From contig JBMOPW010000013.1 of NCBI GenBank assembly GCA_049322915.1, forward strand, positions 10,098 through 74,097: 64,000 bases of DNA, in the 5' to 3' direction. Numbering within the stretch: position 1 is the stretch's first letter; each line of letters begins with the position of its first letter. Below are positions 9,528-19,094 of this stretch, in pieces. Under the pieces are notes generated by a model. That model saw only the letters and a program-made list of their open reading frames with translations. It had not been told where the DNA came from and did no database searches. The translations under genes and the position numbers were made by a program. The stretch comes from Candidatus Zhuqueibacterota bacterium (GTDB lineage: Bacteria > Zhuqueibacterota > Zhuqueibacteria > Thermofontimicrobiales > Thermofontimicrobiaceae).

Positions 9528-10272
9528 GGTGCGCCTCCGCGTACGAATCGATATAGCTCATGAAGATATCGGCCAGGTTCGTTTTCCCGGATGCTTCAGC
9601 ATAGCCCGGCAGCGTGTTGATGGACAGCATTTCGCCGCGATGCATGAACCCGATGCGATGACAGAGCCGCTCGGCCTCTTCCATGTAATGCGTTGAAAAC
9701 AGGACTGTTTTTCCCACCTGCGACGCAGTGCGGATGAATTCGAGGATGCTGCGACTGGTGAGAATGTCCAGCCCCAGCGTCGGTTCATCCAGAATGAAGA
9801 TGGCCGGATCGTGCAAAATGCTCCGGGCAATGGACGTCTTTTGTGTCTGGCCAGTGCTCAGCTTTTCAATTCGCTGATCGACAAAATTGTGCATATTCAA
9901 CAGGGAGAATATTTCTTCGGTTCGGGTTTCGATCGTTTCGGAATTCATTTCATAGAGAGACCCGAAGTAATGGAGCAGTTCCCGCGGCGAAAGTTTACCG
10001 TAGAGCCGGGTATTGCCGGATAAGAACCCAATCGACTTCTTCACATCCTCCGGCTGAGTCGCCACATCGTAGCCATTCAACTCGGCTGAACCATGACTGG
10101 GCGTGAGAATCGTCGCCAGCATCCTCAGGAAGGTGGATTTGCCAGCCCCGTTTGGCCCTAACAATCCGAACACCTCGCCCTTTCTGATGTGCAGCGAGGT
10201 CGACTTCACCGCCTGTATTTCACCGAGCGTGCCGTCGTAAAAGGATTTGCTGATGTTGACTGTCTGAATCAT
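9517..10272 (-). CDS. natA: NatA-like ABC transporter ATP-binding protein
   Basis: GPNGAGKST, LSTG signature, LDEPT; overlaps permease. Confidence 0.85.
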   Translation of the reverse strand: MIQTVNISKSFYDGTLGEIQAVKSTSLHIRKGEVFGLLGPNGAGKSTFLRMLATILTPSHGSAELNGYDVATQPEDVKKSIGFLSGNTRLYGKLSPRELLHYFGSLYEMNSETIETRTEEIFSLLNMHNFVDQRIEKLSTGQTQKTSIARSILHDPAIFILDEPTLGLDILTSRSILEFIRTASQVGKTVLFSTHYMEEAERLCHRIGFMHRGEMLSINTLPGYAEASGKTNLADIFMSYIDSYAEAHREI

Positions 10273-10603
10273 GCGACCCCATTATTGGAAATGGCCGCGC
10301 ATCGCCGGCCGAGTTTTCTATCGATTGAATGATACATGTTCTTCCACCGGGTCTCATCAATAAACATACCATGATTTTGCATTTCTCTAACATGCTATTT
10401 TCACGACCATTACTCCGTTTCAATCCGATGACCGAAAAGCTCAATATGATAATTCAGGGTACGCGCACCGGCCGCGAATCTCATTTTGAGAATTTCGCTT
10501 TGATGGTATGCCGACGCTGGAATCCTTTGCCGCTCTGTTCCTCGAATCTCCCTCCGACTCCGAGTCACTGGTTGACATCACATATCCCGCGTTCCCAATG
10601 ACT

Positions 10604-10651
10604 ACACAACTAATAGTAGACTTTTATTTTTCCATCCACAAAATATAGTAT
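10604..10651 (+). promoter_or_regulatory. Tandem NrdR boxes
   Basis: ACACAACTAATAGTAG (10604) and CCACAAAATATAGTAT (10636) match acaCwAtATaTwGtgt, 32 bp apart, upstream of nrdJ. Confidence 0.75.
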
Positions 10652-10658
10652 TTTTAGC

Positions 10659-10687
10659 TTGACTTTTTGAAGAAAATATTGTATCAT
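10659..10687 (+). promoter_or_regulatory. sigma70 promoter of nrdJ
   Basis: TTGACT-17bp-TATCAT. Confidence 0.7.
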
Positions 10688-10961
10688 AGGACGCGTTTTT
10701 TTCAAGCCAAATCTTCAGGGCTGGACGCTTCAATTTGATAAACCAATCACAACGCTTTCCTGCAGCGACCCAATGACCTCTGTCTTGCCCGGTATCCTGA
10801 TGATCGTGAATGCCGGATTCGAATCCAAAGCTCCAATCGGCCGAATGCCCGGCATTGGGCGCGCATCGCCCATTTCAAAGGGAGACTCATCCGCAGGGAC
10901 TGCTGCGAGACGCCGTTAAGACATAACAACGACACATCTATTTTTCATCGGGAGGTTTACC

Positions 10962-13739
10962 ATGTCGGACGAAAAATCCAACACCACACATTCGAAACAC
11001 GAGATAACAGCCGCGCCATCCACAGGCTCGCTCTCCGATCTTTCCGACACTGATAATGACGGGAAAATAAAGGGGCTCACCATTGAACCCTATTTTACGC
11101 CGGACAACCGGCATCCATTTAATACGCTGAACTGGGAAAGGCGCACCGCTTCCATCAAAAACGACAAGGGCGAGATTGTTTTTGAACAGAAAGAAGCTGA
11201 ATTTCCGGATTCGTGGACGCAGACCGCGGTGAATGTGGTCGCGTCCAAATATTTTCATGGGAAGCAGGGCACTCCGCGCCGGGAGACCAGCGTCAAACAA
11301 TTGGTCGAGCGCGTCGCCCGCGCGATACGGAATTGGGGGCTGAACGACGGTTACTTCGCCACTGAAGAGACTGCCGATATTTTTTATCGCGAACTGACGC
11401 ATCTGCTCGTCTTCCAGAAAGCGGCGTTCAACAGCCCGGTCTGGTTCAATTGCGGCATCGAGGCAAAGCCACAGGTCTCAGCATGTTTCATCAATTCAGT
11501 GACTGATGATATGGAATCGATTTTAGGCCTGGCCCGAACCGAGGGGATGCTGTTCAAATGGGGCTCCGGCACCGGGACAAATTTATCGCCGCTGCGGTCG
11601 TCGCGGGAAAAGCTGTCCACCGGCGGCGAGTCGTCCGGACCGATCTCGTTCATGCGCGGATTCGACAGTTTTGCCGGAGCGATCAAATCCGGCGGCAAAA
11701 CACGGCGCGCCGCCAAAATGGTCATTCTCAATGCGGATCATCCGGATATTATGGAATTCATCAATTCCAAAGCGGATGAAGAAAAAAAGGCCTGGGCCCT
11801 CATCGACGCAGGCTACGACGGATCATTCAACGGCATTGCCTACAGTTCAGTGGCCTTTCAGAACGCCAACCACAGCGTGCGCGTCACCGATGATTTCATG
11901 AAAGCGGCGCTCGATAATGGTCTCTGGAACACGACAGCCGTCACCACAGGTGAAGTGGTGCATACCCACTCCGCCAATGAGATGATGAATCAGATTGCCG
12001 CAGCGACTCATTTGTGCGGCGATCCCGGTCTGCAATTCGACACCACCATCAATGATTGGCACACCTGTCCGAGCAGCGACCGCATCAACGCCTCCAATCC
12101 ATGCAGCGAATATATGTTCATCGACGACACGGCCTGCAACCTGTCCTCGCTGAACCTGATGAAATTCCGCGATGCCGACGGCCATTTCGATGTGCCGGCA
12201 TTTTTCCATGCTGTGAGACTGTTGATCATTGCCCAGGATATTTTTGTGCACAACGCCTCCTATCCCACGCCGGCCATCGATAAAAACAGCCATCTGTTCC
12301 GCACGCTGGGATTGGGCTACGCCAACCTGGGCGCGCTGCTGATGGCCAACGGCCTGCCCTATGACAGCGACGCCGGTCGCGCCTACGCCGCGGTTATCAC
12401 GGCATTGATGACGGGCCAGGCGTATAAAACGTCGGCTGAAATTGCCGGCATTGTCGGGCCATTTCCCATGTTCAGGAAAAATCGGGCGCCCATGATTCGC
12501 ATCATCAAAAAGCATCGTTCGCGCCTTGAAAAAATTGAAGCGAACGCATTCACCGAGCGACTCAATCCCCTGGCGGAGAAAGTCTGGGACGAGGCGCTTT
12601 TGTGGGGCGGACAGAACGGTTTCCGAAACGCACAGGTGACGGTGCTCGCCCCAACGGGCACCATCGGTTTCATGATGGATTGCGACACAACCGGAATTGA
12701 GCCGGACATTGCTCTGCTCAAGTACAAGAGTCTGGTCGGCGGCGGAACCATGAAGCTGGTCAACTCCACCATTCCGGCGGCGCTGGAAAATCTTGGCTAC
12801 TCCGCGACGCAGCGCGCGAGTATCATCGAATACCTGAATGAAAATGACACCATCGAAGGCGCGCCGGAGTTGCGCGATGTCCATCTGCCTGTTTTCGATT
12901 GCGCGTTCAGACCGCATCGTGGGAAACGGTCTATTTCGTATATGGGCCACATCAAAATGATGGCCGCAGTGCAGCCGTTCATTTCCGGCGCCATTTCCAA
13001 AACAGTGAACATGCCCACGGAATCGAAGGTCGAAGAGATCAAGGCCGCTTACATTCAGGCATGGAAATTGGGACTGAAGGCGATTGCCATTTACCGGGAC
13101 GGATCAAAACGCACGCAGCCGCTATCCACGTCCAGAGCGCAGGCGCCGGAGGCGGAAAAGGTCATGGCAGCCAAGCCGTACCGTCGCCGATTGCCGGACG
13201 AGCGCCCGTCCATCACCCACAAATTCAGCATCGCCGGGCACGAGGGCTATTTCACGGTTGGCATGTTCGAAGACGGCTCCCCGGGCGAAATTTTCATTAT
13301 CATGGCAAAAGAAGGCTCCATTGTCTCCGGCCTGATGGACGGATTTGCCACCGCCATTTCCATGACGATGCAATACGGCGTGCCACTGAAAGTGCTGGTC
13401 AATAAATTCAGCCACACGCGATTCGAGCCGGCCGGTTTCACCTCCAATCCGGCAATACCCATCGCCAAATCCATTACCGACTACATCTTCCGATGGCTGG
13501 CACTCAAATTTTTGCCGGAAGAAGATCACCCGGTCAATGGATCCGAAGAGAGCGAATCAACTCCGCCACAGCAGCCTTCGACAACAACCAATTCGAATGA
13601 AACGAACGAGGCGTACGAGAAGCACATTTTCCAGACGCAATCCGATGCGCCGCCGTGCTTTGAATGCGGCGCGATTATGGTGCGAAGCGGCTCGTGCTAC
13701 AAATGCCTCTCCTGTGGTTCGACCAGCGGTTGCTCGTGA
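10962..13739 (+). CDS. nrdJ: Vitamin B12-dependent class II ribonucleotide reductase with TSCPD domain and C-terminal Zn ribbon
   Basis: FNSPVWFN, SACFI, SNPCSE, APTGT, AISKTVN, YRDGSK, C..C...C..C tail; GGAGG RBS. Confidence 0.95.
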   Translation: MSDEKSNTTHSKHEITAAPSTGSLSDLSDTDNDGKIKGLTIEPYFTPDNRHPFNTLNWERRTASIKNDKGEIVFEQKEAEFPDSWTQTAVNVVASKYFHGKQGTPRRETSVKQLVERVARAIRNWGLNDGYFATEETADIFYRELTHLLVFQKAAFNSPVWFNCGIEAKPQVSACFINSVTDDMESILGLARTEGMLFKWGSGTGTNLSPLRSSREKLSTGGESSGPISFMRGFDSFAGAIKSGGKTRRAAKMVILNADHPDIMEFINSKADEEKKAWALIDAGYDGSFNGIAYSSVAFQNANHSVRVTDDFMKAALDNGLWNTTAVTTGEVVHTHSANEMMNQIAAATHLCGDPGLQFDTTINDWHTCPSSDRINASNPCSEYMFIDDTACNLSSLNLMKFRDADGHFDVPAFFHAVRLLIIAQDIFVHNASYPTPAIDKNSHLFRTLGLGYANLGALLMANGLPYDSDAGRAYAAVITALMTGQAYKTSAEIAGIVGPFPMFRKNRAPMIRIIKKHRSRLEKIEANAFTERLNPLAEKVWDEALLWGGQNGFRNAQVTVLAPTGTIGFMMDCDTTGIEPDIALLKYKSLVGGGTMKLVNSTIPAALENLGYSATQRASIIEYLNENDTIEGAPELRDVHLPVFDCAFRPHRGKRSISYMGHIKMMAAVQPFISGAISKTVNMPTESKVEEIKAAYIQAWKLGLKAIAIYRDGSKRTQPLSTSRAQAPEAEKVMAAKPYRRRLPDERPSITHKFSIAGHEGYFTVGMFEDGSPGEIFIIMAKEGSIVSGLMDGFATAISMTMQYGVPLKVLVNKFSHTRFEPAGFTSNPAIPIAKSITDYIFRWLALKFLPEEDHPVNGSEESESTPPQQPSTTTNSNETNEAYEKHIFQTQSDAPPCFECGAIMVRSGSCYKCLSCGSTSGCS

Positions 13740-13850
13740 CAATGGCCGACGACGGAATACTGTCCGGTTCACCCGGCGCATGGGAATGATTCGTCGCTTC
13801 GAATTCACCGATAATTTTCTTGCCCGGAAGCAAATTTTTTATTACCTTTC

Positions 13851-13887
13851 ACCCCGGCTGGCCCCGACCGCCGGGGTTGTTTTTTTC
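13851..13887 (+). terminator. Intrinsic terminator after nrdJ
   Basis: CCCCGGC...GCCGGGG followed by TTGTTTTTTT. Confidence 0.6.
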
Positions 13888-13995
13888 AGGCTGGAACAGA
13901 CCAGGGGCCTCACGCCTTTCGTTCGGCGCAAGCGGCCAGCCTGACACGTGGATGATCCAGTAAATTTGAACATCATTTTTTCAAGGAGGAAGCTC

Positions 13996-15414
13996 ATGCG
14001 AAACCTGTTGCTGATGTTGATCCTGACATGCGTCGCAATCCCGAGAGGCGTAAGCCAGACCCATGGTCCTTTGTCAACAAGCGTTTATCAAACCGAAGAC
14101 GATGCGCGCAAGGGCAAATTTTATAATGCAAAAATTCCGACAGCCCCGGGCTGGACGAAAAATGCGGTCATCTATGAAATGAATACGAGACAGTTCTCCA
14201 ACGAGGGCACGTTCGCAGCCATTGAGCCCCGGGTTCAGGAACTGAAGGATTTGGGCGTCACCATCATGTGGTTCATGCCCATTCACCCCATCGGGGAGAA
14301 GAATCGCAAAGGCGCGCTGGGCAGCTATTATTCGGTCAAAGATTATTACGGGATCAACCCGGAATTCGGCGCGCTGGAGGATTTCCAAAGGCTGGTTGAC
14401 CTGTTTCACCACGCCGGCATTCACGTCATCATCGATCTGGTTGCCAATCACACAGCGTGGGACAACCCGCTGATCCTCGATCACCCGGAATGGTACAGGC
14501 GCGATGCCACCGGCAGAATCGTCGCTCCGGTGGCGGATTGGTCCGATGTGGCCGATCTCAATTATGACAAACCCGAGCTGTGGGATTACATGATTCGCAT
14601 GATGGAATACTGGGTGCGCGACATTGGCATCGATGGGTTCCGCTGCGATGTGGCGGAAATGGTGCCCATGGAATTCTGGGTCAAAGCGAGGACGGCGCTG
14701 GATGCCATCAAACCGGTGTTCATGCTGGCCGAAGGCGAATCGCCGGAGTTGCACGCCTCGGGATTCGACATGACCTACTCTTTCGCCATGCACAAGGTGT
14801 TCAACGACATCCCGTCCGGTAAAAAATCCATCAGGGCCATTGATGAACTGTTCCGACTCGAGGCGAAAAATTACCCGAAGGGCAGTATGCGCATGCGGTT
14901 CACCTCCAGCCATGATGAGAATTCCTGGAACAGATCCGAGATCGTCCGCATGGGTCGCGACGGGGCAAAAGTCGGCGCTGTGCTGAGCTTCACCCTGCCG
15001 GGCCATCCGCTCATCTACGCCGGCCAGGAGGTTGGCAACGAGCGCTCCCTGGCGTTCTTCGAACGGGATCCAATTGAATGGAAGGAAAACGAATTTCGCC
15101 CCCTTTACCAGACATTGAGCCGCCTGTATAAAAATTCGCCGGCGCTGTACCAGGGCGGGATGAAGAAAATCGCCAGCGACAACGATGATCGCATCTATGC
15201 CTTTTTGCGGTACGAAGAATCCGACAGCGTCCTCGTCGTAGTCAACTTTTCAGCAGGGGCGTTCGATGGGCGCCTACATGTTACTGGGATCGACGGCGAA
15301 TTCAATGACATTTTCAGCGGGGAAAGTATTCACCTGACAGGCGGGAAAATAAGCGTGAAAATGGCTCCGTGGGAATATCATGTTTACACGCGAGCGGCAC
15401 ATTTGAAAAAATAA
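13996..15414 (+). CDS. Secreted GH13 alpha-amylase family protein
   Basis: DLVANH, DGFRCDVA, LAE, SHDE conserved regions; signal peptide; AGGAGG RBS. Confidence 0.9.
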   Translation: MRNLLLMLILTCVAIPRGVSQTHGPLSTSVYQTEDDARKGKFYNAKIPTAPGWTKNAVIYEMNTRQFSNEGTFAAIEPRVQELKDLGVTIMWFMPIHPIGEKNRKGALGSYYSVKDYYGINPEFGALEDFQRLVDLFHHAGIHVIIDLVANHTAWDNPLILDHPEWYRRDATGRIVAPVADWSDVADLNYDKPELWDYMIRMMEYWVRDIGIDGFRCDVAEMVPMEFWVKARTALDAIKPVFMLAEGESPELHASGFDMTYSFAMHKVFNDIPSGKKSIRAIDELFRLEAKNYPKGSMRMRFTSSHDENSWNRSEIVRMGRDGAKVGAVLSFTLPGHPLIYAGQEVGNERSLAFFERDPIEWKENEFRPLYQTLSRLYKNSPALYQGGMKKIASDNDDRIYAFLRYEESDSVLVVVNFSAGAFDGRLHVTGIDGEFNDIFSGESIHLTGGKISVKMAPWEYHVYTRAAHLKK

Positions 15415-15510
15415 TCGCCGTGAGCCAATTCAGCCATTTTGATGAAAAGGATTTCTGAGTATTTCAAACCTTTATCCGCGCCCAGGTCCAACAGCAATGC
15501 GGTTTTGAGC

Positions 15511-15543
15511 AAAATAGCCCCGAACGTTCGGGGTTATTTTTTT
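15511..15543. terminator. Bidirectional intrinsic terminator
   Basis: AAAATAGCCCCGAACGTTCGGGGTTATTTTTTT between convergent genes. Confidence 0.75.
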
Positions 15544-15568
15544 AGTATACCGTGACGAAATTTTCAGG

Positions 15569-16807
15569 CTACGAGCGAGTGATCTTCATGGGTTGCAGCT
15601 TCCAATACGTCAGAGAGCGCCACAGCCATTCCGCCGGTCCGAATTTGAAATAACGGAGCCAGATGGGAGAAATGACCAATTGAATCGCCCACACGCACAA
15701 AATGATGACCAACTGCCAGACGCGCTCGGTCCGACCAAACAGGCCCAGACCGTGTCCGTAAAATACGGTGGTGCACAGAATTGTTTGCAGCAGATAATTG
15801 CTCAACGCCATGCGTCCGACTGCCGCGAATGTGTTCTTTATTTTGGCGCCAACAGCGGACTGGCAAAAAAGCATGATCAGGGCGATATATCCAATCGCGA
15901 TAAAAACGCTGCCCCAGTAGTTGAATTGCCAGCCTAAAAACATGGAATAGTCCATGGTCCAGCCTTCGGCAAAATTGCGGATGACGCCGAAGATGACAGT
16001 TGGCAGACCCAGTGCCAGTCCCAGCGCTGCCATGACAGTATAGAATTTCTTCGAGCGCTGAGCGGTGAGCACGCCCCATTTGTAAAAGGCCAAGCCGATC
16101 AGCATGAGTCCGCCAGCGCGCCAGCCGGTGTACATGAGGAAAATCATCGTCTGAAATTTCAGCGATGACGGCACTCGATGTTCCATCTGACTCAGCCAGC
16201 CGCCCTGATACGCCGCCAGTTCTTTGTCGATCATCTCCTGTGGCGGCATCCAGGACAGCATGGTACCGTCGTACGCTTCTTTCGGCCAGTACGGCATTGA
16301 CAGGCCGCCGAACAGATAGAAAAGGGAAGAGAAACTCAGGACCAGAATGCCTAAAATCAGCAGGGTTTTCGGCGACTTTTTCCGGAATAAAAACAACAGC
16401 ACCGCGCACAGGGCATACGTCACCAGGATATCGCCGTGCCAGAGAAGATAAGCATGCGCCAGGCCAATGATGAGCAGCCACAAGGTCCGCCGATAATGCA
16501 ACGCCGCGCCGCTTCTGCCTTTTGTCTCTGCCTTATCCGTGAACAGGAGAACGCCGGCGCCGAACAGAATCGAAAAGATGGAGAGAAATTTCTGGTCGCC
16601 GAAGACATGGCTGAATATCCAGACCCATTTATTGGCTCCGGTCAAATCGCCATAGGCCGTCGGATTGATGTAAGCGGCTTCTATCATGGCGAAGTTCTGA
16701 ATGTTCATCAGCAGAATTCCTAACACGGCAAACCCGCGCAGCACATCCAGAGACAGAATTCGCTCTGACAGCGATACCGGGCGAATTGTCGAATTGAGTT
16801 CTTGCAT
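15569..16807 (-). CDS. DUF418 (YeiB-like) membrane protein
   Basis: RI.SLDVLRGFAVLGIL, GRMALSNYLLQ, GPAEWLWRSLTY. Confidence 0.9.
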   Translation of the reverse strand: MQELNSTIRPVSLSERILSLDVLRGFAVLGILLMNIQNFAMIEAAYINPTAYGDLTGANKWVWIFSHVFGDQKFLSIFSILFGAGVLLFTDKAETKGRSGAALHYRRTLWLLIIGLAHAYLLWHGDILVTYALCAVLLFLFRKKSPKTLLILGILVLSFSSLFYLFGGLSMPYWPKEAYDGTMLSWMPPQEMIDKELAAYQGGWLSQMEHRVPSSLKFQTMIFLMYTGWRAGGLMLIGLAFYKWGVLTAQRSKKFYTVMAALGLALGLPTVIFGVIRNFAEGWTMDYSMFLGWQFNYWGSVFIAIGYIALIMLFCQSAVGAKIKNTFAAVGRMALSNYLLQTILCTTVFYGHGLGLFGRTERVWQLVIILCVWAIQLVISPIWLRYFKFGPAEWLWRSLTYWKLQPMKITRS

Positions 16808-16950
16808 CTTTTTCTCCCTGAATTAAAATTCACTTCTTTGCTTTTTGGGCGGATCGTTGACCAGTTTAACCCGCATGTAATTTGTAACTCTTCAGCCTCA
16901 AAGGAATATCTAAAATCATCAATGCTGAAAAGCTGAATTTGGTTTTAAAA

Positions 16951-17063
16951 TGTAACTGTTTAGCTATTTGCAGGACACAAATACCGCCAACCGAACGGGC
17001 GCCTATTCGGGGACAGACGTCCCAGCCATTGCCCGCTCTGGATGAAAATCCAGCGCGATCAGG
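16951..17063 (-). repeat. Dispersed triple-hairpin repeat, copy A
   Basis: Reverse complement aligns with 30868-31002 and 41440-41508. Confidence 0.85.
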
Positions 17064-17185
17064 AGACTCATGTGCATAATTGGTAACTGCTGCAGGAAGC
17101 GGATGTTCCGGGTGCGGGTGCTAGAGCTGAGGTTGAATAGTTGGATTAGATAGTCTTGCAGCATTGGGTTGTCAGCCAGTCATGT

Positions 17186-17216
17186 AAAAAGCCCTGCGGT
17201 GTTACGGCAGGGCTTT
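17186..17216 (-). terminator. Intrinsic terminator
   Basis: AAAAAGCCCTGC...GCAGGGCTTT just downstream of the 17241 gene. Confidence 0.7.
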
Positions 17217-17240
17217 GAATAAATGAAACTCATCATTGCG

Positions 17241-19094
17241 TCAGCGCGGAATTGGATTCAATTTTCCCTCTTTAAATTGAATCAATCGTATTTCCGAATT
17301 GACGCGATTGTTGCCTCGGAACGAAATCGGCCCGCGGATGCCGGAGTAATTTTCCAGTTCATCCAGATGCCTGCGGATTTCTTCGCGGGAGGTTTTTTTA
17401 TTTTTAATGGCATCGAGAATAACGCCCATGGCATCGATGCCGTAAGCTTCCAGAATGTCCGGCGTCTTTTTCATCACCATTCTGAAATCATTTCGAAATT
17501 TGATGTAGTCGACTGAAGTCTCGTCTTTGTAGTAACTACTCGAGAAGACCATGCCATCCAGGTATTTCTGATTATTTCTCAATCGGTCGGCATCGTACCA
17601 ATATTCGCCGCCGAATATTTGCGCGCGGATATTGGCATAGGCATACTGCGGCGCGATGTAATCGATTTCATCGGAATAGCAGGGGATGAAAATGCCATCG
17701 ATGGAGTAAACCGGGATGCTGTCATCGCGGAATCGGCGTCGCTGCGCATCGTTGAGATCTCTGGTCATGGCGTACACCAGCGAATCTCTGTTCATTATTC
17801 TGAAACCCAACTCACGGATACTTTCGAACTGGCGCTTCAAATCTTCCGTGCCAACATAGTACCATTTCTGAGCAACGATTTGCCCACCCAATTGATCGAC
17901 CATGGCCGTGAACGCATCCGTCATGTCCTTCCCGTAATTGTCCGCCGGAGCCAGGGTAGCGAATGTCTTCAGACCGAGGGACTGCACTGCATAGCGGGCC
18001 ATGTCCGTGCCGATGGTTTCCAGATCGCAATTCGGCTGAAACGTGTAGTCATTGATGGAAGCCACGCCGCTGCCTGAGGTTGTCGGCGCAATGATCGGGA
18101 TGTTGAAATCCGATGTGATCGCCGAAATGACCACTGTTTTATCGCGTTCCAGTTCGCCGATGATCGCCGATACCCGGCCATCGTTTGCCAATTCCCGGGC
18201 GGAGCTCACCAATTTCACAACATCGCCTTCGGAGTCTTTTATCACCAAATCGACTTTGCTCGAATTAACGCTGTTGAACTTCTTCTGCGCGTATATAATT
18301 CCATCCAGCACCGATCGCGCCTGCGCTGCGTACTCGCCTGTCAACGGCAGAATCACGCCAATTTTGATATTGCCAACCGGCTGAGCCGCACCGACGCGAC
18401 TGAGCACTCCCTGCACGCTGGACAGATACGGATTGTCCGGATGGTGACGAACAAATTCCTGAAGCAGCGCAATGGCCTTCTCCCGCTCGCCACGATCGGA
18501 ATAGTGTTGAGATAACTTGATCGTTAGAATTGCGGAAGCGGTTTCACCGGTCGATTTTTCCTGCAACTGCTGAATCTCTTCCGGCTCAATATTGTTGTCG
18601 ATTATTTTCAGCGCCAGATTGCGACTGGTTTCGATGAGCTTCCTTTCACTGGAATTATCTGCAACGAATAAAAACTCGTTCAACGAATTGTTGTACTGAC
18701 CCAGATGATAATAGATCTTACCCAGGGCAAAATGGGCATCGTCTACATAATTGCTGGTGGGATAGTTTTTAATGAATTCGGAAAACGCGGTCAGCGATTT
18801 TCGGTAGGAATCCAATTTGTACAAGCATTTGCCAGCCATAAAATGGACAGCGGTGATCCTCTGGTGATTCGGGTATTCGTTCAGCAATTCTTCAAAGGTC
18901 CGATTGGCGATCTCGTAACGGCCGCTGCGGTATTCATTAATGCCCCGGCTGAAAATGACTTCCACTTCCGGGATGTACTGCACATCATCTGCCTTAATTG
19001 TCTGGGCCAGCGACGGGATTGCGAATAGAACGATGCCAATGAAGAACAGTGTGATCGGTATAGATTTGAACATTTTTTCCATTTTTTTCCTCAT
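17241..19094 (-). CDS. TPR + periplasmic-binding-protein fold protein (LppC/LpoA-like)
   Basis: Signal peptide, BamD-like TPRs (YPTSNYVDDA), KIGVILPLTG PBP1 domain. Confidence 0.75.
   Translation of the reverse strand: MRKKMEKMFKSIPITLFFIGIVLFAIPSLAQTIKADDVQYIPEVEVIFSRGINEYRSGRYEIANRTFEELLNEYPNHQRITAVHFMAGKCLYKLDSYRKSLTAFSEFIKNYPTSNYVDDAHFALGKIYYHLGQYNNSLNEFLFVADNSSERKLIETSRNLALKIIDNNIEPEEIQQLQEKSTGETASAILTIKLSQHYSDRGEREKAIALLQEFVRHHPDNPYLSSVQGVLSRVGAAQPVGNIKIGVILPLTGEYAAQARSVLDGIIYAQKKFNSVNSSKVDLVIKDSEGDVVKLVSSARELANDGRVSAIIGELERDKTVVISAITSDFNIPIIAPTTSGSGVASINDYTFQPNCDLETIGTDMARYAVQSLGLKTFATLAPADNYGKDMTDAFTAMVDQLGGQIVAQKWYYVGTEDLKRQFESIRELGFRIMNRDSLVYAMTRDLNDAQRRRFRDDSIPVYSIDGIFIPCYSDEIDYIAPQYAYANIRAQIFGGEYWYDADRLRNNQKYLDGMVFSSSYYKDETSVDYIKFRNDFRMVMKKTPDILEAYGIDAMGVILDAIKNKKTSREEIRRHLDELENYSGIRGPISFRGNNRVNSEIRLIQFKEGKLNPIPR

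Noticed and set aside
10962-13739. Intein or intron in nrdJ; cobalamin riboswitch upstream
   Set aside because: ORF has normal length with contiguous motifs; no B12-box recognised
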